A stretch of 58,286 nucleotides of DNA from Puniceicoccaceae bacterium (GCA_040830765.1 JBFOMH010000033.1:1-58286), one strand, 5' to 3'; positions 25,735 to 35,449 are shown, counted from the stretch's first letter. Program-made: numbers and translations. Notes: a model not told the origin generated them from the letters alone.

Positions 25735-25811
25735 GGGGGAGATTCTGGGAAGGCGGATGGAAGGCTGAAGACCTTTTATCGCCTGGATTTGGGTAGGAGT
25801 ATGCGGCTGGG

Positions 25812-25987
25812 TGGCTGCATGCTTCGCTCTAACCTCACTTCTGCATGGCTTGTTGGGCCCGTGCTCCGCTCTAACTTCACTTCTGCATGGCTTGTTGGGC
25901 CCGTGCTCCGCTACGCTTCGCAGGGCATGCTTCGCTCTAACCTCACTTCTGCATGGCTGCGCCATGCGAAGCTCGGAGAGCGAAGCA

Positions 25988-25989
<2 letters not shown>
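25812..25989. repeat. Structured tandem/inverted repeat between tRNA-Leu and the GIY-YIG gene
   Basis: 26-nt core cgctctaacYtcacttctgcatggct at 25825, 25867 and 25933. The first two copies form a 42-bp tandem. 13-bp inverted repeat catgcttcgctct / agagcgaagcatg. Confidence 0.85.
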
Positions 25990-26074
<85 letters not shown>

Positions 26075-26202
26075 ATCATTGGGGAAAAGTGTGGTGGCGG
26101 GGCGGAGGGGTCAACGTCAATTATCGGGGATGGGGCGGGGGGATATAGATCTTGAATGTTAAGATCCGGCTGGTTAGGTGGAGACCTGTTAGGAGACAAG
26201 AC

Positions 26203-26370
26203 ATGGAAAAAAACCAAGATAAGAGTGTCTGGGCGGTTGGCGGTGGCTTGCTGCTGGGACTGGGCGTTGGATTTTTCTTTATCCAACAGAATGCATTGGC
26301 CTTTGTGGGCTGTATTCTCGGCGGCCTGGGCCTCGGCTTGATGGTCACGGCCATTCTCTCGAAGAAGTAA
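26203..26370 (+). CDS. Small two-helix membrane protein (55 aa)
   Basis: AGGAG at 26191 precedes the ATG. Two Gly-rich hydrophobic segments. Confidence 0.7.
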   Translation: MEKNQDKSVWAVGGGLLLGLGVGFFFIQQNALAFVGCILGGLGLGLMVTAILSKK

Positions 26371-26375
26371 TAGGG

Positions 26376-26888
26376 ATGACGCGTTCGGAGATTGTCCAGG
26401 CCATCATCCAGGGAGTGGGGTTGATGGCGGTGGTGATATCGCTGGTCTTTGTCGGCCTGCAGCTGCGGCAGTCGCAGGAGATTGCCATCGCGGCGCAGTA
26501 CCAGGCACGCCTGGATGCGGCCAGCAGCCATTATGCGGCGGTGCTGCAAAGCGAGCCGGGCCTGCGGGTGATCGGCCGGGACCTGAAAGCGAGCATCCTT
26601 GCCGATCCGGGAACACCGGTGGAAATCAAGGCGTGGGTTGAGGCGCAACCGGAAGAGGAACTGGCCTTCAGGGCGGTCGGGGCGATCATTTTCCTCAAGA
26701 GCCACGACAATGTCTTCTTCCAGTATGAGAAGGGATTCCTCTCCGAGGAAGCGTGGAAGGCCCTGCGTCTGCAACTGAAGGCCGGTCTCAACGATCCCAA
26801 CTCGTGGGTGCGCAGCGTCTATGAGGAAGAGCCCATGGTCTGGCGCGAATCCTACCGCGAGCTGATTCAGGAAATCCTTGCGGAGTAA
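26376..26888 (+). CDS. Hypothetical protein with an N-terminal membrane anchor
   Basis: GLMAVVISLVFVGLQLRQ segment, typical codon usage, starts 5 nt after the upstream stop. Confidence 0.7.
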   Translation: MTRSEIVQAIIQGVGLMAVVISLVFVGLQLRQSQEIAIAAQYQARLDAASSHYAAVLQSEPGLRVIGRDLKASILADPGTPVEIKAWVEAQPEEELAFRAVGAIIFLKSHDNVFFQYEKGFLSEEAWKALRLQLKAGLNDPNSWVRSVYEEEPMVWRESYRELIQEILAE

Positions 26889-26915
26889 AAGCGCCCACCT
26901 GCGGGGGGCCTTCCC

Positions 26916-28733
26916 TTACTTCCCGTTACTGGAACGGATGAGGATATCCTTGGCGGAGGCGCCGGCAGGGATGAAGGGCATGACGTGCTCGGTGTAGGGG
27001 ACAACGACGTCGAGAACGTAGGGGCCCGGATCATCGAGCATTTCGCGGATGGCGTCACGGAGCTCTTCCTTCTTGACGACGCGCTTGCACTTGACCCCAA
27101 AGCCGCGGCAAATTTCCGGCCAGTTGGGATAGAGGGCGTCGGTGTTGTCCGGGCCACCGATGTTGTCCGGATGCCCGAGAACGGTCTGCCCGCGGACACC
27201 TTCGTAGAGGATGTCTTCCCACTGGACCACCATGCCGAGGTGCTGGTTGTTCATGAGCATGACCTTGACGGGAATTTTCTCCATGATGGCAGTGGCCAGT
27301 TCCTGGACATTCATCATGAAGGAACCGTCGCCATCGATATCGACAACCGTCCGGTCGGGGTGGGCCACCTTGGCCCCGAGGGCGGCCGGAAGGCCAAAGC
27401 CCATGGTCCCGAGACCGAGTGAGGAAATGTAGCCCCGGGTCTGGTGGAACTTGTAGAACTGGGCGGCCCACATCTGGTGCTGGCCGACCCCGGTGGAAAT
27501 GATGGCCTCACCGTCGGTCTCCTCATAAAGTGTCTGGATGGCCAGTTGCGGGATAATGTGGTCGGACTCCTCGAACTGGAAGGGATACTCCTCGCGCCAG
27601 CCGTAGACCTTGCGATTCCACTCATCGATGTCTGGCTTCTTGAAGCCCCGTTCCCTGGCCAACTCACAGAGCCGCTGGAGGGCATACTTGATCTCGCTGT
27701 GGACGGGGTACTTGACGACCTTGTTCTTGTCGTGCTCGGACTTGTCGATGTCTACATGGACCACCGTCGCTTCCGGGGCAAACTTGGCGATGGCTCCCGT
27801 GATGCGGTCATCAAAGCGGGCCCCAAAAGTGAGCAGGAGGGAGCTTTCGCAGACAGCCCAGTTGCCGGCCACACCGCCGTGCATCCCGAACCAGCGCAGG
27901 CTTTGTGGGTGGTTTTCATCAAAACCGCCCAGCCCCATCAGGGTGGAGGCAACCGGGAATCCGGTCAGCTCGGCAAATTCCTTCAGTTCGTCCTGGGCAT
28001 TCCCGCTGATGATCCCGCCCCCGAAGTAAATAACTGGACGCGAGGCTTCCAGACATTCGTCCAGAATGGCATTCAGTTCCTCGTCAGAGGCCTTTGGGGT
28101 GTGGGTATAGCCCGGAATCGCCATTTCAGCATCAAGGGCCGCCTGGAGGGCTTCACCCTCGATAAAGGTCTGCTGGACATCCTTGGCAATGTCGATGACC
28201 ACCGGTCCAGGACGCCCGGTCTGGGCGATGTAGAAGGCCTCCTTGACGACCCGCGGAATCTCGGCGATGTCGAGGACGAGGTAGGAATGCTTCACAATCG
28301 GCAGGGTGATACCGTAGACATCCGTTTCCTGGAAGGCATTCTTGCCAATGAAGTGCTGGTTGACCTGGCCGGTGATGGCGACCAGCGGGATGGAGTCCAT
28401 CTGGGCGTCGGCGACACAGGTGACAAGGTTGGTCGCCCCCGGCCCGCTGGTGGCCATGCAGACGCCCGCCTTGCCGGTGGTGCGGGCATAGCCGTGAGCC
28501 ATGAAGCCGCAGCCCTGCTCATGGCGGGGGAGAATGGTGCGGATGTTGCCGGAGCGGGTCAGCCCCTGGTGAATTTCCATGGAGGCCCCGCCGGGATAGG
28601 CGAAAATGACATCGACCCCCTCACGCTCGAGGCACTGGACCAGCAGGTCGGCACCCTTGACCGGCGCGAGCGAACTCGCGGGCGTGGACGTGTTTCCGGA
28701 AGATTCCGGGCGGGAGTCGGTTGTAGTTTTCAT
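26916..28733 (-). CDS. ilvB: Acetolactate synthase large subunit (biosynthetic)
   Basis: [53 protein letters not shown]. Confidence 0.96.
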   Translation of the reverse strand: MKTTTDSRPESSGNTSTPASSLAPVKGADLLVQCLEREGVDVIFAYPGGASMEIHQGLTRSGNIRTILPRHEQGCGFMAHGYARTTGKAGVCMATSGPGATNLVTCVADAQMDSIPLVAITGQVNQHFIGKNAFQETDVYGITLPIVKHSYLVLDIAEIPRVVKEAFYIAQTGRPGPVVIDIAKDVQQTFIEGEALQAALDAEMAIPGYTHTPKASDEELNAILDECLEASRPVIYFGGGIISGNAQDELKEFAELTGFPVASTLMGLGGFDENHPQSLRWFGMHGGVAGNWAVCESSLLLTFGARFDDRITGAIAKFAPEATVVHVDIDKSEHDKNKVVKYPVHSEIKYALQRLCELARERGFKKPDIDEWNRKVYGWREEYPFQFEESDHIIPQLAIQTLYEETDGEAIISTGVGQHQMWAAQFYKFHQTRGYISSLGLGTMGFGLPAALGAKVAHPDRTVVDIDGDGSFMMNVQELATAIMEKIPVKVMLMNNQHLGMVVQWEDILYEGVRGQTVLGHPDNIGGPDNTDALYPNWPEICRGFGVKCKRVVKKEELRDAIREMLDDPGPYVLDVVVPYTEHVMPFIPAGASAKDILIRSSNGK

Positions 28734-28806
28734 TTTTGCACAGGTTTTTAAATCCGGTTTCCTTGGAAGCGGTTATTCAGCGGGCACCAACAAAGAGCGG
28801 CCCGCG

Positions 28807-28875
28807 TCAGGCGACGACGGGGACGACGAGCTCGACCACTACGAGGGCAAGAGCGATGTGCGTCCGGTTTTTCAC
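28807..28875 (-). CDS. Putative ilv leader peptide MKNRTHIALALVVVELVVPVVA (22 aa)
   Basis: GTG start with AGGA upstream. 11 of 22 codons are Ile/Leu/Val. Ends 73 nt upstream of ilvB and is followed by a GC hairpin (28780-28805). Confidence 0.8.
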   Translation of the reverse strand: MKNRTHIALALVVVELVVPVVA

Positions 28876-29022
28876 AATGATTCAATTCCTGAAGGTTCGT
28901 CCCAAATGTTAGGTGGGAGGAAAGAATACCCCTTGAAAAATGCAAGCGCTTTTCCCCAAAAAATCGACCCCGGGAGGAATCCGGCATTGCAGGAATCCTG
29001 CGCATTGACCTCAATAACGACC

Positions 29023-29805
29023 ATGGCGCGAATACTCTTTCTGGGCGATATTGTTGGCCGGGCTGGCCGTGAGGCCGTCATGCGGCACCTTCCGGGCATC
29101 CGTGAATCGGAGAAGCTGGACCTCGTCGTGGCCAACGGGGAGAACGCCGCCGGTGGGTCCGGCATTACCAGGACCATTGCCGAGGAGCTGCACGAGGCGG
29201 GGGTCGATGGCATCACCCTCGGGGACCACTGCTGGGACCAGCGGGGGTTCGAAAAAGACATCGAGGAGCTGCCTTTCGTCAGCCGTCCCTTTAACCTTTA
29301 TCCTGGCAGCCCCGGCAAACCGCATCTGGTCGTCGAGGGGGGCGGTCTGCGGCTCGGCGTGGTCACTTTCATCGGGCAACAGCTGATGAAAATCAATTCC
29401 GCGGCCGGATTTCCGGCCATTGGCGGTTATCTCGATTCCATCCGGGACGAGTGTGATGCCTTCCTGGTGGAGGCGCATGCGGAAACAACCTCCGAAAAGG
29501 TGGCCCTTGGCTGGTACCTCGACGGGCGGGCGGCTGCCGTCATAGGTACCCATACCCACATTCCGACGGCAGATGCACGCATCTTGCCCCGCGGGACCGG
29601 TTACCTCACCGATGCCGGCATGAGCGGCCCCTACGACAGTGTCCTCGGGCGTGATATCGAGCCGATTGTGCGCCGCTTTGTCGATGGCCTGCCGCGCAAA
29701 TTCACCGTCGCGGAGGAGAATGTGCAGCTCCGGGGGGCAATCTTCGAGGCCAAACCCCGTAAGCGGGGTTGCCAGAGCTTCGAGCCATTCTGCTTTAAGG
29801 CTTAA
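29023..29805 (+). CDS. ymdB: YmdB/TIGR00282-family metallophosphoesterase
   Basis: ILFLGDIVGRAG, ANGEN, HAETTSEK, GTHTH, TDAGMSG. Confidence 0.92.
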   Translation: MARILFLGDIVGRAGREAVMRHLPGIRESEKLDLVVANGENAAGGSGITRTIAEELHEAGVDGITLGDHCWDQRGFEKDIEELPFVSRPFNLYPGSPGKPHLVVEGGGLRLGVVTFIGQQLMKINSAAGFPAIGGYLDSIRDECDAFLVEAHAETTSEKVALGWYLDGRAAAVIGTHTHIPTADARILPRGTGYLTDAGMSGPYDSVLGRDIEPIVRRFVDGLPRKFTVAEENVQLRGAIFEAKPRKRGCQSFEPFCFKA

Positions 29806-29806
29806 T

Positions 29807-29908
29807 GGACTACAGGCGTCCCGCCTGTAGTTTCGTTGGGGACAGTCTACAGGCGGGACGCCTGTAGTCCGTTGTGGGAGCAGTTTGCAGGCGGGACGCC
29901 TGTAGTCC
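29807..29908. repeat. Cluster of three REP-like palindromes (REPIN-like)
   Basis: ggactacaggcgtcccgcctgtag (29807-29830), its inverse (29847-29870) and a second inverse copy (29888-29908), lying between convergent genes. Confidence 0.85.
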
Positions 29909-29918
29909 TTACCTATCC

Positions 29919-30587
29919 CTACGATTCAATCGTCTTGAGGAAGGCGGCACGGTCGGGGGCCTTGAAGAAGGCGGTCCCGGCGACAAAGGTATCGACCCCG
30001 TTTTCCCGGCAGAGGGGAGCTGTTTCCAGATCCACCCCTCCATCAACCTCGAGGCGGAATTGCAGGTCCCGGTCCTCCCGCCACTGGTGCAGGAGGGCCA
30101 TCTTGGGCAACGTGTCCTCAATGAAGGACTGTCCGCCAAATCCCGGCCAGACGGTCATGACAAGGATCAGCTCAACCTTGTCGATAAAGGGAAGGGCGGC
30201 CTGGGCGGGCGTGCCAGGATTGAGGACAATTCCGCACTGTTTGCCGGCGTTCCGGATGCGGTCGAGGGTGCCAGTGATGTCGTAATCCGGCTCGATGTGG
30301 ATGGAGACGAGATCCGCTCCGGCATCGATGAAGGCATCCACATGCTTGTCCGGATTGGAGAGCATCAGGTGGGTATCAAAAAAGAGGTCCTTGTTGCGCT
30401 TGCGGAGGTCGGCGACAGTCTGCGGTCCAAAACTCAGGTTGGGGACAAAGTGACCGTCCATGATGTCGAGGTGGAGCCACTCAATGGGCAGGGACTCGAC
30501 TATCTTGAGCCCGTCGGCAAGGCAGGAATGGTCGGCAGCGAGAATGGAAGGGGCGAGGCGGAGCGGATGAGGGCTGCAATCGGACAT
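29919..30587 (-). CDS. rpe: Ribulose-phosphate 3-epimerase
   Basis: LAPSIL, HLDIMDGHFVPNLSFG, DTHLM, MTVWPGFGGQ, EVDGG. Confidence 0.96.
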   Translation of the reverse strand: MSDCSPHPLRLAPSILAADHSCLADGLKIVESLPIEWLHLDIMDGHFVPNLSFGPQTVADLRKRNKDLFFDTHLMLSNPDKHVDAFIDAGADLVSIHIEPDYDITGTLDRIRNAGKQCGIVLNPGTPAQAALPFIDKVELILVMTVWPGFGGQSFIEDTLPKMALLHQWREDRDLQFRLEVDGGVDLETAPLCRENGVDTFVAGTAFFKAPDRAAFLKTIES

Positions 30588-30596
30588 GGGTCGGTC

Positions 30597-31115
30597 TTAC
30601 CGTGCCGGTTCCATCCAGTCGAGCTTTTGCAGAATGGCTGCTGCCAACCGGTCCGCCATCTGGGCCGTGGCGGTGGTTTGTGCGTTCACCAGGCTGGGCT
30701 GGGAATAAATGATCTGGTCGGTTTCCACCTCGATAACCGGATCGCCGCCCCATGGCGGGGGAAGCTCGCTCTCCCATTCGACCTTCACCCGCAGGATGCT
30801 GTTGAAGGACAGGGGCCGTCCGGTATCTGCCGGATCCCGGGCCAGGGCATCCTGCTCCAGTTCCACTATGGTCAGGTGGAGTACGGCTGCTGCCGTGTCC
30901 TCACCCGTCAGGCGCCAGTTCGGGGAGTGGGCGATGCCTTCGCGCAGGTTCCGGGTCAGCGGTGCGATAATCTGGGCCAGGTCCGATTCATTGATGACCG
31001 GAGCCACCGCAATGGCCACTGGCTCATCCGCCGTTTCCACCGGTTCATAGCCGGCACATCCGGACAGGACGACGGCAATCAGGAAGATTGGCCAGGCATG
31101 GTGGGCTCGCTTCAT
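30597..31115 (-). CDS. LptE-like lipoprotein
   Basis: Lipobox LSGC-AGY, a C-terminal helix (MADRLAAAIL), and position directly after bamD. Confidence 0.6.
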   Translation of the reverse strand: MKRAHHAWPIFLIAVVLSGCAGYEPVETADEPVAIAVAPVINESDLAQIIAPLTRNLREGIAHSPNWRLTGEDTAAAVLHLTIVELEQDALARDPADTGRPLSFNSILRVKVEWESELPPPWGGDPVIEVETDQIIYSQPSLVNAQTTATAQMADRLAAAILQKLDWMEPAR

Positions 31116-32146
31116 TTCCAGAAGATCATGGCGTCACCCAGACGCTTGATGAAGGACTTTTCCGCTTTCTGTTCCCTGGTTTCCTGAGGCGGCGGGGTGT
31201 AGTTGGCCCGGATTTCCTCGATGCGGGCGAGGTAGGTCCGGGCGGTGTCAGCCGCCGGGGAGTCCGGAGCAACTGTGATGGCCTCGTTGAAAAAGATTTC
31301 CGCGGCCCGGTACCAGCGCCGGTACTTGAAGTAGTATTGCCCAATGACCAGCTTGCTGCGGGCATAGACGTCCTCCATGTCAGCGAGGCCCTTTTCTGCC
31401 CGGACAACCCCCTCATTCTGGGAGTAGAGGATGAGGAAATCTTCGAAGTAGGACATGGCTTCACGGGTGGCACCCTGGTCGTATTCGGGACCCTGGACGA
31501 GGGTGGCAAAGGTCTCCGCCAGGGAGAGATAGGCATCGTCCGCAAGGAGGCTTTGCGGGTAGCTGTTGATGAGCCGGTCGAGGGCGTCAATGGCCTCGGC
31601 AATGTTCCCCTGAAACTGGTGGATGAGGGCCACGTTCATCAATGCCAGGGGGGCAAGATTGGAGTAGGGCGCGTTCTGGATGACCAGTTCGAAATAGCTC
31701 ACCGCCCGGTTGTAGGCACGCGACTTGAGGAAGAAAAGGAACCTTGCTCCTTCCCCGCTGGCCAGCTCCATGGCAATCCGGAACTGGTACTCGATCATCT
31801 CATTGAAAAGCGGGAAGTCCGCGTGGTAGATGAGGACCGCCTGAAAGGCAGAGGCCGACTTCTTCCACTTGCCCCGTTCAAATTCAATCACACCCGTGTT
31901 GTAAAGCGATTGGGCGGTGTAGGCAGAGGCGGGGAACTTCTTGTAGATCTTCTTGTAGTTACTGAGCGCCTTCCGCAATTTTCCGGCTCGCTGGGCTTCC
32001 AGTCCCGCTTCGTAATACTTTTGTGCCTGTTCGGTCTGGATGGCCGGATTGATGTCAATGGGCTTCTTCCCGAACCAGGGAAAACTGATCGCCTGCGCCG
32101 GCGTCAGGACGACCATTAGGCTTAAAATTGTCAGTGCGATGCGCAT
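31112..32146 (-). CDS. bamD: Outer membrane protein assembly factor BamD-like TPR protein
   Basis: Signal peptide and TPRs. YPQSLLADDA, EYDQGATREAMSYFEDFLILY, IGQYYFK...AAEIFF. Confidence 0.8.
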   Translation of the reverse strand: MRIALTILSLMVVLTPAQAISFPWFGKKPIDINPAIQTEQAQKYYEAGLEAQRAGKLRKALSNYKKIYKKFPASAYTAQSLYNTGVIEFERGKWKKSASAFQAVLIYHADFPLFNEMIEYQFRIAMELASGEGARFLFFLKSRAYNRAVSYFELVIQNAPYSNLAPLALMNVALIHQFQGNIAEAIDALDRLINSYPQSLLADDAYLSLAETFATLVQGPEYDQGATREAMSYFEDFLILYSQNEGVVRAEKGLADMEDVYARSKLVIGQYYFKYRRWYRAAEIFFNEAITVAPDSPAADTARTYLARIEEIRANYTPPPQETREQKAEKSFIKRLGDAMIFWK

Positions 32147-32229
32147 ATTGCGTGACCAATTGCAGGGTAATTCCAGTTGAGCGCAAATCATTTTAATCAA
32201 TAGTGTGCGATAACATCGGTTACCGGCGC

Positions 32230-33231
32230 TTAATGCCACCGGATGAGCGCGCTGGCCCAGGTCAGGCCACCGCCAAAGGCCACCATGAGGATATTGTCAC
32301 CCGGGTGGATACGGCCGTTGCGAAAGGCCTCGTCGAGTGCGATGGGAACAGAGGCCGCTGACGTGTTTCCATAGCGGTCGAGGTTGATCTTGAATTTGTC
32401 CATGCCAACGTTGAGGCGCTGGGCCAGGGCCTCGATGATTCGCGTGTTGGCCTGGTGGGGGACAACGAGGTCCACGTCCTCGGCAGTCAGTCCGGCGTTC
32501 TGGAGGACGTCTGAGGCACTCTGGCACATGACCCGGACGGCATGCTTGAAGACCTGGTTGCCCTGCATCTGGATCTTGTGCATGGAGCGCTCAATGGTTT
32601 CTACCGTGGAGGGATTGGCACTGCCACCGCCGGGAACCAGCAGGATGTCCGTTTCTGTTCCATCGGCACCGGTCATGATATCGAGGATTCCGACATCCTC
32701 CTTGTCTTCCAGACTGAGGACAACTGCGCCCGCTCCGTCACCGAAAAGGACGCAGGTGGTGCGGTCATCCCAGTTGGTGATGCTGGACAGTTTCTCCGCC
32801 CCGATGACAAGGGCGTTTTTGATCCCGTTGACCATCATCATCCCACGGGCAATGTCCATCGCGTAGACAAATCCGGAGCAGGCCGCCTCGATGTCGAAGG
32901 CCGGGATCTTGCCCAAGCCGAGCTTCTTTTGCACAAAGCAGGCGGTGTTGGGGAAAGGCATGTCGGGAGTGACCGTGGCAACTACCACCAGCCCGATGTC
33001 GCTCACCTCGAGCCCGGCATTGTTGATCGCCTCCCGGGCCGCGTTGGTGGCCATGTCCGAGGTGGTCTCGTTTTCATCGGCGATGCGCCGTTCCCGGATT
33101 CCTGTCCGCGTGCGGATCCATTCGTCCGAGGTGTCCACGATCTTCGAGAGGTCGTCGTTGGAGAGGATTTTCGGCGGGGCATAGGATCCCGTACCGGAAA
33201 TAATCACTGAGTTCCCTTTAAGCTGGCTCAT
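32230..33231 (-). CDS. fabH: Beta-ketoacyl-ACP synthase III
   Basis: DTSDEWIRTRTGI, AACSGF, LFGDGAGA, PHQAN, GNTSAAS, FGGGLTW. Confidence 0.97.
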   Translation of the reverse strand: MSQLKGNSVIISGTGSYAPPKILSNDDLSKIVDTSDEWIRTRTGIRERRIADENETTSDMATNAAREAINNAGLEVSDIGLVVVATVTPDMPFPNTACFVQKKLGLGKIPAFDIEAACSGFVYAMDIARGMMMVNGIKNALVIGAEKLSSITNWDDRTTCVLFGDGAGAVVLSLEDKEDVGILDIMTGADGTETDILLVPGGGSANPSTVETIERSMHKIQMQGNQVFKHAVRVMCQSASDVLQNAGLTAEDVDLVVPHQANTRIIEALAQRLNVGMDKFKINLDRYGNTSAASVPIALDEAFRNGRIHPGDNILMVAFGGGLTWASALIRWH

Positions 33232-33307
33232 AAGCAAGTGCTGACACTGATGATTGGAAGTGTCGTTAATGGTTTCCCTCTGTCAAGGTAAGGGTTTTGA
33301 GGAATAC

Positions 33308-34387
33308 TCACGAGGAGGATTCAATGTCGATGGAGGCGGTCAGTTTGTCGGCCAGCATCTCATTGGCAGAGGCGATGGCGGTGACCGTGTGGGAACCCAG
33401 GTTGTGCTCGATGGCGATGCCGGCGATACGGATGGCATTGGCGATGGCCACTCGATCGCTGGAGCCATGGGCCTTGAGGACTGTCCCCTTGAGGCCGAGG
33501 AGAGGGGCCCCGCCAAACTGCTTGGGGTCCAACCGCCCCTTCATCCCACTCAGGCCACCCTTCATAAGAAAAGCACCGGCCATGCGGAGAGGCGACTTCT
33601 TGACCTCTTCCGTAATCAGGCCCTTGAGCATGCGCCACAGGGACTCGCAGGACTTGAGGAGCACATTGCCGGTGAATCCGTCTGTCACAACCACGTCCAC
33701 CTCGTCATTGAAAACCTGGAAGCCCTCAATCAGGCCGACATAGTTGATTTGGCTGGCGATGTCCTTCAGCAGCGTGTGGGCCTGGTTCGTCAGGTCGGTT
33801 CCCTTGCCCTCCTCCGTGCCGATGGAAAGCAGGCCGACCCGGGGACTCTCGATACCGAGGGCATCCTGGGCATACTGGTTTCCCAGGATGGCATAGTGGA
33901 GCAAGTTCTCCGGGCGGCACTGGGGATTGGCCCCGACATCAAGGACTACGAATTTTCCCTTCAGGCTGGGCCAGACCGATGCCAGGGCGGGCTTGGAAAC
34001 GCCATCTATGGGACGCAGCTTGAGGGTGCTGCAGGCCATCAGGCTACCGGTGTTGCCACAGCTGACGGCGGCCCCGCAGGTCCCGTCCTTGACTAGTTCA
34101 ACAGCCCGCACCAGGGAGGCGTCCTTTTTGCTCTTCAGGCTCTGGATCGGCTTTTCCTGCATGCCGATAACTTCCGAGGCATGAAAAAATTCCAACGAGG
34201 GGTGCTCCGCTATGCCGAGATCGGTAGCAATGGAGCGCACTTTGTCCTCCTGGCCAACCAGTACCACTTTTTCATGGACCCAGTTGTTCTTGAGGGCCAT
34301 GGCCACGGCGCCGACAACCTCTTCCGGTCCCATGTCAGATCCCATGGCATCGACGGCAATCGAGAGCGATGTGGCGGGTTTGCTCAT
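33308..34387 (-). CDS. plsX: Phosphate acyltransferase PlsX
   Basis: IAVDAMGSD, SCGNTG, LDVGAN, GTEEGKG, DGFTGNV, KAHGSS. Confidence 0.96.
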   Translation of the reverse strand: MSKPATSLSIAVDAMGSDMGPEEVVGAVAMALKNNWVHEKVVLVGQEDKVRSIATDLGIAEHPSLEFFHASEVIGMQEKPIQSLKSKKDASLVRAVELVKDGTCGAAVSCGNTGSLMACSTLKLRPIDGVSKPALASVWPSLKGKFVVLDVGANPQCRPENLLHYAILGNQYAQDALGIESPRVGLLSIGTEEGKGTDLTNQAHTLLKDIASQINYVGLIEGFQVFNDEVDVVVTDGFTGNVLLKSCESLWRMLKGLITEEVKKSPLRMAGAFLMKGGLSGMKGRLDPKQFGGAPLLGLKGTVLKAHGSSDRVAIANAIRIAGIAIEHNLGSHTVTAIASANEMLADKLTASIDIESSS

Positions 34388-34395
34388 TCAGGCAC

Positions 34396-34420
34396 AAAAA
34401 AACGGCCCGCAAGGGGCCGT
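34396..34420 (-). terminator. Rho-independent terminator after rpmF
   Basis: Minus strand acggccc-cttgc-gggccgt followed by a T-run. Confidence 0.75.
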
Positions 34421-34455
34421 GCAAGATGAAAAGTCATGTTCGGCCGTTGATGCCT

Positions 34456-34635
34456 TTATGCTTCAACATCAACAACTTGACGCCCGCGATACATTCCGTT
34501 GGCCGGATTGACCCTGTGGGGGCGGAAAAGGGTGCCGTCAACCGGGTCCTTGGCCAATTGAGGGGCCGAGAACTGGTTGGCTCCACGGCGCTTGCGGGAG
34601 CGTTGCTTCGATTGCTTGCGTTTTGGCTGTGCCAT
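34456..34635 (-). CDS. rpmF: 50S ribosomal protein L32 (59 aa; not in the ORF track)
   Basis: Hand translation gives MAQPKRKQSKQRSRKRRGANQFSAPQLAKDPVDGTLFRPHRVNPANGMYRGRQVVDVEA. Standard rpmF-plsX-fabH order. Confidence 0.95.
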   Translation of the reverse strand: MAQPKRKQSKQRSRKRRGANQFSAPQLAKDPVDGTLFRPHRVNPANGMYRGRQVVDVEA

Positions 34636-34720
34636 GATGAAGAAAATTGAGTTTTAAATCTTGGAAAACCGATGAAAACAACAGCGCCGCATGGTGGCGT
34701 CAAGGATTTTTGATCAGCTT

Positions 34721-35446
34721 TCAGGCAGGGATTACGCAGTCCGTGACGTCCGGCACGTGAACCGGGGCCCCTTCCGGGCCCGGCTGGCGGAACGGGTCGG
34801 ATTCCGCTTCCTCAAGGTCGAGGTCGCAGGAGGACTCGATGACAACCCCCGGCGGGGCGCTCACCGGCCCGTCGCCCTCCAAGTCGAAGAGCTGTGACAC
34901 CCTCCGGGTGCCCGGGGTGAGGACTTCCACCGGATCACTTGGATTGCCCGGCCCTTTCAGGAGAAGAAAGAGGCTGGGGTAGCAGAGACGCTCGTAATGC
35001 TTCTGGTAGTCCCGCATGAAGGCCTTGGAGGCCTCCTGCCGATTGCCCAGGAGGACTATGTCCGAGTAGTAGATACAGGCATCGAACCAGGCCCGCAGAC
35101 GGGGATTTGCCTCGGTTTGCCGGGAATCCACGCAGGTGAGGATCTTAACCGGCTCGATAAGGCACTTGGCCAGGTTCTCGGCCAGGTGCTCCAATTGCTC
35201 AATCAGGGGTTGCCGGGGATCGAGGACAATGAAGGTGGTCTCCTCCGCATCGGGATCCAAGACCCAAAGGACGGTCTCAGGATTATAGGTTTGAACACCG
35301 TATCCCTCATCGGCAGACGGCTCCCAGTCGAGGCCTTGTGGTAGATGCACCACAACAGCGGGGGATTCCGTGCCCGCTGTGGCGAGGCTCCGGAGGCACT
35401 GGCGGATTTCCGCCAGGTGCGTTCCCATGACCAGGTACAGCTTCAT
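34721..35446 (-). CDS. Hypothetical protein with weak resemblance to CobW-like P-loop proteins
   Basis: ATG 3 nt after the aroC stop. ILTCVD and YSDIVLLGN echo CobW motifs. No Walker A motif. Confidence 0.65.
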   Translation of the reverse strand: MKLYLVMGTHLAEIRQCLRSLATAGTESPAVVVHLPQGLDWEPSADEGYGVQTYNPETVLWVLDPDAEETTFIVLDPRQPLIEQLEHLAENLAKCLIEPVKILTCVDSRQTEANPRLRAWFDACIYYSDIVLLGNRQEASKAFMRDYQKHYERLCYPSLFLLLKGPGNPSDPVEVLTPGTRRVSQLFDLEGDGPVSAPPGVVIESSCDLDLEEAESDPFRQPGPEGAPVHVPDVTDCVIPA

Positions 35447-35449
35447 GCT

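Noticed and set aside
25825..25958. Possible CRISPR array (three 26-nt repeats)
   Set aside because: The intervening sequences share an identical 16-nt start and differ in length (16 vs 40 nt), and there are no cas genes. It is a tandem/inverted repeat.
26887..26911. Hairpin between the hypothetical gene and ilvB as a terminator
   Set aside because: The stem is short and bulged with only a 4-nt T-run. Plausible, but too weak to call.
27444..28751. Long antisense ORFs (e.g. 27444-28751, 29874-31187, 31088-32119, 48416-49510, 56400-57500)
   Set aside because: They are shadow frames of well-supported genes in GC-rich DNA and carry no recognisable motifs.
28606..29022. Long N-terminal extensions given for ymdB, the hybrid kinase (40807), ydbL (40065), the M23 gene (47320) and hemW (54284)
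   Set aside because: They overlap neighbouring genes and precede the natural family N-termini, so starts were trimmed.
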